A DNA stretch of 51,737 nucleotides, filler included, from Squatina squatina (Eukaryota), in assembly GCA_031763465.1 (NCBI GenBank). It is 3 parts of 3 records of this genome, joined end to end, with 100 filler letters (N's around TTAATTAATTAA, not from the genome) between each part and the next. Parts side by side here need not be neighbours in the genome. Positions count along the whole stretch, not along the records: positions 1 to 16,100 come from JARFOE010499181.1; positions 16,201 to 30,520 come from JARFOE010000073.1; 1 more part is not named here. One strand, written 5' to 3'. How positions within the stretch are numbered: the first letter of the stretch is position 1; every line of letters begins with the position of its first letter. Below the pieces are notes generated by a model that searched no databases, was not told the origin of the DNA, and worked only from the letters and a program-made list of their open reading frames with translations. The position numbers were made by a program, and so were the translations under genes. Below, piece by piece: positions 12,517 to 23,761 of the stretch.

Positions 12517-13256
12517 GGCCCTAAAATTGCGATGCCCCCTGATGGGAAGGATGCACCGACACACCCAGGGAGACATCGCAAAAGCAGTTTATGGGGTTAT
12601 ACATCATACGCGCGTATAACCGGCATTTGAGAGCTGTCCAGGAACTTCTGAGTGTTTCGATATTTTTGCATAGCATCCTGCTGGGGGGCCTTGAATTATT
12701 TTTCGCATGGCAAAACCTAGCGTATCTGCTTGGTTTTACCATCTTAAGAAAATTTAAAACATTTTAATTCAAAAACATTAATGGGACATTACTTTAAAAC
12801 CATTCCCAGTAAGGCAAGTATGTTTTTAAAAATTTTAAAAGTCATTTTTGTAAATTTCAAAATAAATTGTGTTATTTATCTCCGTTATATTAAATTTTAA
12901 TGTTTAAATAGTTTTTAAAATGTTTTGTGATGTATCTGTGTTTTTTTCATCTTTTATTTAGTTTTTTTTATAGTTCTTGACAGATTTCTTAGAACTGTCA
13001 AAATTTCAGTAAAAGATACACCAATCTGATTGGCTGGGGCCTCCCATGTGACCTCTCCAGCCTCTTCAGTTTGACTTGCCCGGGAAATTAGACAGCCCCC
13101 TTCCGGATCATCAATTCGGGGTGTGGGGCGGTGGGATGGGGGTGGTGCTGAATATCGCAAACTCGTGTGTATCCAGGACCCCGAGGTAAGTGCGGAAGAG
13201 AAATTGCAATCAGAGGCACCCACACACACGAAGCTTCCGATCGCAATTGAAGCCCC
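12517..13256 (-). mobile_element. ~740-bp MITE, inverted copy 2 of 5047-5814
   Basis: Ends GGCCCTAAAATTGCGAT and GATCGCAATTGAAGCCCC. Internal ATTACTTTAAAACCATTCCCAGTAAGG is the reverse complement of ~5476-5502. Confidence 0.8.
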
Positions 13257-13507
13257 TTCATATTCCACTATTAAAAGTCAATTTATTGCTGATATTTTTC
13301 ATACGTAAGGGAGAATATCGTTATTTCAGAGGACTCACTTAGGCAAAGAATTGCAGAAATCCATGTTCCATGTCGGCGTTACATGCTACATAGTCGCGTA
13401 CCTGTGAGTTTCTACAAGAACAATCCTTATGTAGTGGCTAGCATTGAGAACCCAAGTCTAAGCTGGAACACGAGCGATAGTGGAATTCCAATGTCCCAAC
13501 CGAAGTT

Positions 13508-14904
13508 CTACTTCGGCTTTCTTTCATTTTTAACCAATCTTCGAATCAGAGTCCAGGGAGATTTGAGCACCTTCTTCAGCTCTTTTCTGAATTTCCTCTG
13601 GGCCGCTGCCGAAATGGACGTGTTCGGGAAGGAGTTCAAATCTTCAGCATATCTCCGATTTCAGCGGCAATGAAACAAGGATTTGTACGGTCACCTCGGT
13701 GGTAAGTGGGGTTCGGCATTCTGATAGTTAAAAAATTCATGGCAAATATCAGCCACAGCAAAATAAAACTGCCCTATATAGCGAAGAGCAAAACAATGGA
13801 TTTCCTTCCGTTCTCCATCTCTGGATCGCTGTGGTTCTCACTGGAGTTCCTTCCGGGCTCCATTGGCTATTAAAATCCGTCTGATGGTGAGATAATTAAA
13901 CAAGCTAATTAAAGTAAAGGGAAGCCAAGCAAGCCATGTGCTGTGAGACCACAGGTTCGCTACACATAGAGGTGAGGTCAAAAAACTACACTTGACTGGC
14001 AGCCCCACCGCACCTTGATAATTCTTTGCTGAGATTCATATGCAAACAATACGGGGACGTTCTTCAACAAGATCAGAAAAGAGAACATTGTTATAACCGC
14101 GGCTGCAGTTCTCCCGGTGCAACAATTGGTTGTAAACATCTGGCAGCTGATAACTACAAATCGGTCAAATGTGAAGGAGACGGTGAACCAAACAGACAGA
14201 TCGAGGGTTACAATAGTCATGTATAGAATGAACTTACACATGGGAGTGTAGGGAAGGAATGAAAGTGGAAAGTGATAACATAAAATATAATAGAATATTA
14301 CATTAAACACCAGTAGATCTGCTGTTGCCATGGCCACCATGTAGACAGAAATACACGTGGAAAGGCGGCAGTTTGCTCGGAAGAAAATCATGATTGTCAG
14401 AAAGTCCGCTGTGAGAGAAAGAGAGAGAGGAGAGAAATACGTTTCCAGACTCTCAATGAAATATACATGAATACACCTGTCGAGAGGATTTTACTCCATT
14501 CAGTGAGATTATCACACTGAGCTGTGTGAGAACAGGATTAGTATTGGAGCCTTTACCTGGGAAACCCACCCACACATTTTAATGAGCTGTTCCAGTGCTC
14601 ACTCTGCGCCGGTTGACAAGACGGTCTGGAAATCCTCTAAAATCCTTGTGCCGAGGCTTCAAAGCATATTCGAATCTCAGTAAGGTTATTGCACTAAGTG
14701 GAACACAGAAAGTGCGGTCACTTGGCTCCCTAGATAATGCTGCCAACCCTGAAGTCTTGTCACCTTATGTAACAGGCTGTGAGAAGAGGGAGACTGTTAA
14801 AACCAATAAACAACCAACAGCTTGCAAAGGCTCACCCGGGACCCCGAAGGCTGCGAGAATCGGTAGTGAATCTGTTTTAGCAGCAGAATAGATGGTTGGT
14901 CCAT
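13508..14904 (-). pseudogene. Two-exon class A GPCR pseudogene, GPR139/GPR142-like family
   Basis: Exon 1 is 14904-14836 (MDQPSILLLKQIHY-[1-bp deletion]-ILAAFGVP). A phase-1 GT-AG intron spans 14835-14409 with a strong pyrimidine tract. Exon 2 from 14408 reads ADFLTIMIFFRANCRLS...YMVAMATADLL...SVWFTVSFTFDRFVVI...LPFTLISLFNYLTIRRILIA...DPEMENGRKSIVLLFAI*GSFILLW...PNTSISAAAQRKFRKEL...TAG at 13510-13508. Frameshifts near 13980, 13845 and 13640; in-frame TAG at 13776-13774. Confidence 0.9.
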
Positions 14905-14980
14905 TTTCCGTGAGTATTGATGAATTAACCAGGAATTGAAAGATTCTGACTGGTGCACGGTTGAGGCTCTGGAAGATAGC

Positions 14981-14990
14981 ATATATTTAT
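14981..14990 (-). promoter_or_regulatory. Possible TATA-like element of the GPCR gene
   Basis: ATAAATATAT on the minus strand, about 80 bp upstream of the exon-1 ATG. Confidence 0.3.
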
Positions 14991-15344
14991 CCACACATCA
15001 AAATCCATGGAACCCATTGGGGGAATTCATAATTAGCACTATTTGCAGGCATTTAACAGACTCAGTTAAGTTGTTTGTCTTGTCTGATACGGCAGAACGG
15101 TGAAAATGTGAGTGGAAAGATTAAAAAACCACAAGTGACGCATTGTTTACCAGGAGATAGTGCAATCTCCCAACACTAGTGCTGATCCAATGCCCACAGG
15201 ACTGCTGAATGTAGCTCCCCTCGCACAATTCATACTGAGCCTGACATTTATTCACTCCTGGTTCAGCAAATCCTCCAGAAAAGGCCGTGAAAGAAAGTCT
15301 GCAATATTGGTGATGAAACCAAGTTGGCAGCATTAAAGGAAACA

Positions 15345-16100
15345 ATACGACTCAGGTAACCTAAACTCACACTCGAGGTGACCATCTCCTTTGGAATGGT
15401 GGAGCCCGACACTTACACCAGAGGTGACTGTCTCCTCCAGTATAGTGGAACCCTACACTTACACCAGAGATGACTGTCTCCTCTGGTATAGTGGAACAGG
15501 ACACTTACACCAGAGGTGACCATCTCCTCCTGTATAGTGGAATCCTGCACTTACAATACAGGTGACCCTCTCCCCCGGTCTACAGGAACCCTACCCTTAC
15601 ACTACAGGTGACCATGTGCTCTGGTACAGTGGAACCCTACAATTAAACTGGAGGTGACGGCTTTCTCCTGTTTAGTGGAGCTCTACACTTACACGACAGA
15701 TGTCTGTATCCACTCTTATAGAGGAACCCTACACTTAAACTAGAGGTGACAATCTCCTCCCATAGAGTGGAACACTACAATTAAACTAGAGGTGACCCTC
15801 TCCTCTGGTATAATGGAATCCTGCAGTTACACGAGAGGTGACCCTTTCTTCCAGTACTATGGAAACCTACACTTACACTAGAGGAGACCATCTCCTCCAA
15901 TATCGTGGAACCCTACACTTACACTAGAGGTGAATGTCTCCTCCGGTACAGTGGAACCCTACACTTACACTAGAGGTGACTGTCTCCTCCAGTATAGTGG
16001 AACCCAACACTTACACTGGAGGTGACTGTCTCCTCCGGTATGGTGGAACCCTATAATTACACTAGAGTTGACCATCTCATCTGGAATAGTGGAACCCTAC
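15345..16100. repeat. Minisatellite, 46-bp unit, ~16 diverged copies, truncated by the scaffold end
   Basis: Consensus ACACTTACACTAGAGGTGACTGTCTCCTCCAGTATAGTGGAACCCT; adjacent units start at 15961 and 16007. Confidence 0.95.
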
Positions 16101-16200
16101 NNNNNNNNNNNNNNNNNNNNNNNNNNNNNNNNNNNNNNNNNNNNTTAATTAATTAANNNNNNNNNNNNNNNNNNNNNNNNNNNNNNNNNNNNNNNNNNNN
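16101..16200. other. Artificial scaffold-joining spacer
   Basis: 44 N, then TTAATTAATTAA (stops in all six frames, 16145-16156), then 44 N. Confidence 0.95.
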
Positions 16201-17177
16201 AGATGAAAGGCAGTGTTCCAATACACTGCACCACACAATCCCCTATTTGGACATATCCACACATAAGGAAGGCTGGTTCGACAGGAGAATGAATTTTTAT
16301 TTTACAAAGGAAGAAAAATTGCAGTTGGACCTTTAAATAATTCACAAATTATCACTGGCTGACTAGAATTTGAAGATTTATTTTTAAAGACAGGATCATC
16401 CCTATTTTATGAAGCAAGAGAATCCAGAAGAACCACATATCATATTCATTAGAGCGATAGATAGTGTAAATTCCATCACTGCAATGCAAATTACGTTACT
16501 GCATTGTGTGCTTAGAAAAAACACAGGAAGAGAAAAAACTCTCTGCAGAACTTTTCAAAAGCAACACCACTTTAGACACAAATTATATTTGTACTGGAGT
16601 AGCAGCGGGTAACAATGGTCTTGGGAAGGTTGGCGGAAGAGTTGAGACAGGACTTGATGTGTAGGAATGTCTCAAGAGGTGCTACAATCACTTTGAATTT
16701 AGGTCAATTGTTTCCCAAGGCTTATTATTGCCCCAATGATTCTGACATAGTAAGCCTGCATAAAATCTCTCAGACACATTTCAAACTGTGCCCCTTGTTG
16801 TTGCGTTCAATCTGCTTATTGCAGGTTGTTCACAGAACGCTGACAAATTAATTTTGTATATCTCAGTGTGTTAAAAATCAAGCAAAAAATGTGCCTGAAG
16901 CCCATTGTAGAGCAAGCTGGCAAGCCATTCTCAAAGTCCACTGAGGTCCCTTGGCAACTATGCCAGTGGCACTATTCTCTGGGTCTTATTCCAAAAACAC
17001 TGCAATTCATTTTAAGAAATCTTTATGTCTCACTCATTGATCTCGCATTACAATGTCGCATTTAAATGAAAAAGGCTGTTCGTTTAATTGTGTTTCTGCT
17101 TGTCTCCTACTCTCGAATTCTTTTTGCCATAGTTTTTCTGTTTGTCTTTCATTCTTTATGTTTTTATATGTCTCTCA

Positions 17178-17523
17178 CACAACAGCAATAACTTGCTTCT
17201 AGATATTTAAACAGAGAGAAATGTCCCAAGGTGCTTCATAGAGGTCTAAGATCATCGACCCAAAGGAGGAGTGGCCAAATGCCTGATCAAATAGGTGGGT
17301 TTGAACAAGGGTCTTAAAGGAGAGGGAAAGAAAGAGGAAGTTCCAGAATGTGAGGTCTATAAGGCTGAAGGCACAGCTACCAATGGTTGGGCAAAAGAAA
17401 AGGGGGTTGCACAAGAGGTCAGTGTCAAAGAAATGGAGAGTTCAGGTGGCAGTTTTAGTGCTGGAGGATGTCACAGAGATATGGGGAGGAGTGAGTCTAT
17501 GAAGGGATTTAAAGACAAGGATG
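17178..17523 (-). mobile_element. L2 LINE 3' end
   Basis: Starts ACAACAGCAATAACTTGC...ATGTCCCAAGGTGCTTCA (reversed L2 tail). Minus-strand peptide SFKTLVQTHLFDQAFG matches the L2 C-terminus. Confidence 0.7.
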
Positions 17524-18205
17524 NNNNNNNNNNNNNNNNNNNNNNNNNNNNNNNNNNNNNNNNNNNNNNNNNNNNNNNNNNNNNNNNNNNNNNNNNNNNN
17601 NNNNNNNNNNNNNNNNNNNNNNNCAGCGAGATTAAAGGATCAATGCCTCCCACCTTGGAGGTTATTATGCCTACCTATCTACTTTGTCATCATTAATCAC
17701 TCACCCTAAAGGTTATTGCATTTGCCTGACTGCCTCCCTTCTCTTTCTACATAGTTTGAGGTTTCCTACCTCGAGGTGACAGCTCTGACTGCAGCAATCA
17801 CTTCCACTCAGGCTGAAGATGAACCAATTACACTTCAGGCAGGCAGCAATGATTAGTGTTAAAGACACTGCAATTTTATGTTTAAAAATACCAACAACAT
17901 GGAGACAAAACTTTCTCAGCTCCCAAGTATTTGCAAGAATGTACACAGTAGGCTTGTGGTTTTAGCTTTTAGAGAGCAGGGATGTAGTACAAGGTGCACC
18001 TCTCCTTCTCCATGGAACAGTGTGGTAGAACACAGGGGCCAAGTCTCCAGTCACAGCCTTGATAATCTGTTCTGCAACATAATTTTCTTGAGCAAATCAC
18101 TTGTGGCTGACACAAATCAAACAGCATGGTTAAGTATCAAGGCTCCTCCCCCGAACACAATTTATCTTGTCTTTCACTATTTTATCAATACTACTTTGAC
18201 GTAAG

Positions 18206-18608
18206 CAGGGGAATGGTAACATAGAAGTTATGTTACTAGACTAGTAATCGAGAGGCCTGGACTAATGATCTGGAGACATGAGTTCAAATCCCACCACGGC
18301 AGCTGTGGAATTTAAATTCAGTTAATAAATTAATCTGGAATTGTTAAAAAAGCTAGTATAAATAATGGTGACTATGAAACTACCATTTTGTCGTAAAAAC
18401 CCAACTGGTTCACTAATGTCCATTGGAGAAGGAAATCTGCCGTCTTTAGCTGGTCTGGTCTACACGTGACTCCAAACCCATAGCAATGTGGTTGACTCTT
18501 AACTGCCCTCTGAAATGGCAAGCCACTCAGTTAAGGGCAATTAGGGATGAGCAATAAATGCTGGCCTTTACAGCGATGCCCACATCCCATGATTGAATAT
18601 TAAAAAAG
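18206..18608 (+). mobile_element. Near full-length tRNA-derived SINE
   Basis: tRNA-like head with B box GAGTTCAAATCC (~18280). 3' tail GGGCAATTAGGGATGAGCAATAAATGCTGGCC...GATGCCCACATCCCATGATTGAAT followed by an A-run. Confidence 0.75.
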
Positions 18609-18724
18609 CCCCTCAAAACTNNNNNNNNNNNNNNNNNNNNNNNNNNNNNNNNNNNNNNNNNNNNNNNNNNNNNNNNNNNNNNNNNNNNNNNNNNNNNNNN
18701 NNNNNNNNNNNNNNNNNNNNACAA

Positions 18725-18980
18725 GCCCTAACATTTTCAGGTGTGTTTAGTAGCTACCTAGTGGGTAAGTACAGCAATTTGCACCATTCCATATGTTTCA
18801 ATGCTGAGTCTCTCAGTGAGATACTGTTATAGCGAAGCTTGTGGAGGAGCAGGGCAACTCAGACAGCAAATTCTGGATTTCTGCATTTAACTGCGCAGGT
18901 ACAGATGCCTGAAGTTGCTGTCTGATTTAATCCTTAATAATAGTGAGCATTGATAGCCCCAGCATTATTTCTACTGAAAA
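18725..18980. repeat. Interspersed repeat, same family as 4240-5000
   Basis: Direct similarity to 4850-4990. Confidence 0.45.
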
Positions 18981-20606
18981 ACCCAAGTCACTCTCCACCC
19001 CATCCAAAACAATGTGTTTTCCTGGGAGAGGCGAAAACAGATTAAAGGTCCTGATTCTATTTTTTTTCTTTCAGGAAGAGTTCAATAGTACTGGTAACCT
19101 TACTGCCANNNNNNNNNNTGGCCAATTTTAAAACGAAGACTGACAGATGAGCTGTCTATGGAACTAGGCCAGGCTGATTGATCTTGAAATTAGGGATGAT
19201 ACAGGGGCTTTGTTAGAGCTGCTAATTAAATTATGCATGGACAAAGCATTAAGAGATACTCAGAACTCAGCTTACGTATGAGCATCTGCTTATTAGCGTA
19301 CTATACAATAATTGTTACTCTTGCCTTTAATCCTGGTTAATTGACAGTTCTGATTTCAGAGACCTTGGGAATGGATAAATACTGGGGAACTCTCCCATAG
19401 TCTACCACCTTACTCCATCTCTCAAATTCTCAAAAGCATTGCACATATTACTACAGAGTGCAGAGACAATTGTTATGTTGGTATCTCTGAATTGCATGGA
19501 TTGCCTGAAATTTGCATTGTCCTACATACAGCAATGCATCTGGAAGCTCTACCAATGATCAACCCCAACCGTTTCATCCAAAAATCTCACTTATCACTTG
19601 GTAAGAAACACATTCTACAAAGGGTATTTAAACCCCATATGGACTGATCTAATTTTTTTTTTAAGTTTTGCACTGATTCAGCATCATTTGGTTTCTCTGT
19701 ATTATTTAACCTGTAAATAAATCTTATTGATAGCTTTAGCCTGTACACAGTGGTCTGACAGTGTTATTTATTACCTTTTGGGAGAGACAGGAGAACACAT
19801 TGAGCATCCCACATGGTCTCCAGTAAACTATTTTCCCTATACTAAGGGAATATAAATTATAAGGGATTCATTATTAAACCTGAGCATGCTAATCCATGGA
19901 TAGCATGTATTCGGGTTTGGATTTTGAATCATAAGGTACTTGGTCTGCTTATGGAAATTTCCTTTTTGCCATGAACAAAAGGCTGAAGGTTTGGGGGAAA
20001 CTCCGAATCTCGTGCTGCCATCCATTGGGTGCAACTGAGGACTTCACCCTGAAGCCTCTAGCTTATATTAAAGACAGGAATTGTAATGGTGAATTGCTTT
20101 TGTAGTCTACAAAAAACTGCAGCTGCCCGTGACTGCATTACGGAGTGTTAACCAGCAAACCATGTATTAAACAACCCCTCATAAAAAGGCCATAAATTGC
20201 ATTCACAAACAACAGCGGTTTTATTTTCCTGAGTGCACCATAAAAATGTCACCATAAAACCAGTGCTGGCACATTGTAAAAAGCTTAATACAGCCAAATT
20301 AAATGTGACATTTTTTGCCTTTTCCAATTTATCCACTCTACAGTACATTAAACCTGCTGCAGTATATTACACTTAATTAGGAGAGAGATTTTCAAAAATA
20401 GCACTGGCTGATTGGTGAATCTGGGCACTAATTCCCAGCGTAGTCCAGCATCCTGAGAACTTCATTTGCATTCCAAACAGAGTGGTAAAGGGATCTATGT
20501 ACATTCTTAGAGCTCGTGTGTCAAATTGCTAGTGGCTGCTTAGAAAACGTGCGCCTGCTACTGAGTCAGCCAACATATCTGATGCTTGCCTCATGCTTTA
20601 ACTAAA

Positions 20607-20945
20607 AAAAAAGCAAAATACTAAGGATACTGGAGATCTGAAATAAAACTGTAAAATGCTGGACAACACTCAGCAGGTCAGGCAGCATCTGTGGAGAGAA
20701 AACAGAGTTGATGTTTCAGGTTGATGACCTTTCATCAGAACTAGAAAATGTTAGAGATGTAACAGTTTTTAAGCAAGCACTGAGCCAGAGGGCGGGGGGA
20801 GAAAAGAACAAAAGGGAAAATCTGAGATAGGGCAGAAGGCAGGAGTGATTAAATGACGAAAGTGGCGATGATGATGCAAGGCAAAAGAGGGTAGTAATGG
20901 GTCAATTAAAAAAATAAAAGATGGGCCCAAAGGAGGTGTAAATGC
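20607..20945 (-). mobile_element. Penelope-like terminal-repeat fragment
   Basis: AAAAGCAAAATACT...CTGGAGATCTGAAATAAAA...AAATGCTGGA...CTCAGCAGGTCAGGCAGCATCTGTGGAGAGAAAACAGAGTT is the same family as 6366-6567. A further stub lies at 33313-33348. Confidence 0.65.
20706..20742 (-). ncRNA. Minimal type I hammerhead ribozyme-like motif
   Basis: AGUU-CUGAUGA-A-AGGU(CAUCA)ACCU-GAAAC-AUC-AACU: core boxes intact, helix I AGUU/AACU, helix II AGGU/ACCU, vestigial helix III. Confidence 0.55.
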
Positions 20946-21469
20946 CAATAAGGGATCCACACCCCAAACACCAGCCAAGACCTCCTCCAGGATGTGGGAA
21001 GCAGAATTAAAGTGGCAAGCATCTAAAAGGGTGGTTGCCACTTCACAGGTGCTTGTAATGGAGAATAATCACATCAGAGCCACTGGGAGTAAAGGAGGTA
21101 TGGGTTTGCCTATCGGAACACGGCTGGTGAGGTGGTCCANNNNNNNNNNNNNNNNNNNNNNNNNNNNNNNNNNNNNNNNNNNNNNNNNNNNNNNNNNNNN
21201 NNNNNNNNNNNNNNNNNNNNNNNNNNNNNNNNNNNNNNNTTTGAAGTATAGCTTTAATGTCAATGCGAAGTGAAAACTAAAATTGTATTTTCAGCAGCAG
21301 GAGAAAGACAATCTGAAAAATCAGTTTGAAGACAAATTCCAAGGGTTTGGGGAAGAACTATTTCACTTGACACTCTACCAATGTGAAACTAATCCCCTCT
21401 CCAACTTTTCTTCATGTTCAGAGAGAGAGATGGCCATCTTTAGGTCACAGCCAAATTATTTTGGAGAAC

Positions 21470-21635
21470 TTTTTTTTTGAGGGAAAAGTGGATAAATATT
21501 TGGAGCAGAGGAAGATACAGGTCTATCAACAAAGAGCGGGACAGCAGAATTAGTTTTGGATTGCTCTAGCAAAGAGCCAGCACACAAAAAAAGGGACAAA
21601 TGGCCTCCTTCCAAGCTTTAAACATTCATGGTTAT
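21470..21635 (+). mobile_element. CR1 3' tail remnant
   Basis: GGATTGCTCTAGCAAAGAGCCAGCAC...AAATGGCCTCCTTC matches the tails at 6750-6830 and 22580-22670. Confidence 0.55.
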
Positions 21636-22569
21636 AAGTAAACTATCTGGGCAGCAGGAGAAACTAACTAAACTAGGAAGGTCCTTGCCAAAACAAAGAC
21701 CTCTGATCAACTTACTATACCTATTAATGTAAATGTTATCCACAATCTGCCTGCTTTACAAATGTTACAAGGTGATGCTTCACAGTTAGCTTCATTTTGT
21801 AAAATTAAGACCTGGTTTCTGGGTGTGACCGAGGCAATCTCACCAACTATTCTTGACAAAGCGTCTTAGTTGATCTTTAAATACGGTAGCTAGGGCAAGT
21901 TCCATTCACCAGAGCTATAATTATGTTCTGTGTTTACACTTGGTCTGGTAGATCAGTATACAAAGCAATTATAGGCACAAAGGCCTACAATAACCTGGTA
22001 TATTCGTTTCATCATATGAACTGAAGCTGCCAACTCGGCACTGATTGGATTGCAGAAATGTCCCTCAAAGTTATTTTTTGCATTTAATTCTTTCAAAGGC
22101 TATAGTAATGTTCCGCACTAAAATATTTATCTTAACAAATACAGTTTTGTGATCATTCTTTCAAATATAACCACTGTTGCCAAGTTTAACATAAGCCACT
22201 CATGGTCATACACATCACTCCCACCAGATGCAAAATGACTGGCTTGTCATTAGAGAGCAAGCAGCAAGTCAAAGCAAGGCAGTATCCCACCAGAAGTAAC
22301 TTGAGCTCCTCGCAATTAATGGGCGAATGAAAAGCCTCACTGATACTGTGACCCAACAAGGTCTTTAGATGTAAAGTAAGCGGCATCTGTTCAATAAATA
22401 AGTGGAAATGGGCATCAAGCTTTTAACATTTCAATGTAATCATTTATAACTTGTGCCTGTTTTCTCAATNNNNNNNNNNNNNNNNNNNNNNNNNNNNNNN
22501 NNNNNNNNNNNNNNNNNNNNNNNNNNNNNNNNNNNNNNNNNNNNNNNNNNNNNNNNNNNNNNNNNNNNN

Positions 22570-22675
22570 TGAGTATGACTAATTAAGATAGTTCTTTCAA
22601 AGAGCTGGCACAGGCACGATGGGCTGAATGGCCTCCTTCTGTGCTGCATGATTCTACAATTTTATAATTCTGTGA
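22570..22675 (+). mobile_element. CR1 3' tail
   Basis: Sequence TCTTTCAAAGAGCTGGCACAGGCACGATGGGCTGAATGGCCTCCTTCTGTGCTGCATGATTCTA. Confidence 0.7.
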
Positions 22676-23194
22676 TGTGTATCTTTATCTGATCAGAAAA
22701 ACAGAACACAAAGATAGCAACAGTAATAAACAGGAGCCCAATTTATTTAAAAAATAAAATGAAACAGATTGTGAAAAAAGCATCATTGCCACTTAAAGTT
22801 TAGTTGTCAAAACTTTTCCTTCCCCATAAACACACAACATAATTTGCATTATAAAAATCACTACAAACATCACATCATTTTCACGTGATGTCATCGTAAG
22901 TCACAGGCGTTGCATTCACACTCATTAATTTTCCCCGGTTAACATCCAGCTTCTACATAGCTGCCTTCTTTGGAGCCATGAGCTGTCTAAATGAGATATG
23001 CAGAAACACAGGCAATTGCACAGATCGAACGTTCAACTTACTTAGATTTTCTGAAAGAATAGCTCAATATGCCTGGCCATGCTGCATTATAACATTACTT
23101 ACGATACATTTTATTTCCTTACATTAACAACTAATGGCATTAATCTGGGGATATTCCTCTCCTGAGCCATCCTATTCATTTTTTAAAAATGATG

Positions 23195-23660
23195 TTAAAA
23201 CTGAAATTTAAAAGGGAAACGTGATAAAATTAGGGCGAACAATACTAAAGATAATTCTGAGGAATGTAGAAAGTGTAGTCGGCATGAAAACAGATTAGAA
23301 GGGCTAAAAGGAAATAAAAAAATTAACACATAACAAGGAATTAGTAAAAGTTTTTATAAGCATATAAAAAGTAAAGAAATGGTTAAAGAGAGTGTGGGAG
23401 TACTCAGGAATGAAGGAGAAAGACTAATTGTGAGGATCAAGGTATGGCAGAGATGTTAAAATATTTTGCATTTTTTTGCAAATGATAGGTATACTAAAGG
23501 AGGATATGGAACAATTGATAGAGCTAACTATAAGAAAGGAATAGGTCTGATAAAATCAGTAGATCTTAATGCAGATAGGCCACCACACCCTTCTAATAGC
23601 ATTCTAAGCTATTTGAAGAAGTCAAAGAGGAGATATCAGAGGCTCTCGCCACAATTTTTA
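23195..23660 (+). mobile_element. CR1 ORF2 linker fragment, highly decayed
   Basis: Fragments resemble K(GI)SKSFYKHIKSK...KESVGVL...MAEMLKYFAFF, the linker upstream of the CR1 RT domain. Confidence 0.6.
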
Positions 23661-23662
23661 AA

Positions 23663-23761
23663 TCATCCTTTTCTGGCTTGCATCTTAGTTGACATTGTAA
23701 ACAGTTCTCTCTCCTCAGGTACTGTCCCCCTCTCCCTCAAATCTGCCATCATCACCCCCTC
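23663..23761 (+). mobile_element. L2 LINE RT N-terminal fragment
   Basis: Encodes PFLACILVDIVNSSLSSGTVPLSLKSAIITP, then runs into a gap. Confidence 0.75.

Noticed and set aside
13978-14391. Intact 137-aa GPCR CDS
   Set aside because: It is only the TM2-TM4 part of a frameshifted two-exon pseudogene.
15345-16100. CRISPR-like array of palindromic repeats
   Set aside because: The sequence between hairpins is also repeated (no unique spacers), there are no cas genes, and the context is vertebrate DNA. It is a minisatellite.
16145-16156. TTAATTAATTAA as a biological palindrome or homeodomain site
   Set aside because: It is centred in exactly 44+44 Ns and repeated at 30565, so it is a synthetic linker.
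18206-18300. tRNA gene
   Set aside because: It has a B box but no cloverleaf, and continues into a SINE body and tail. The same applies to 27240-27315 and 38690-38758.
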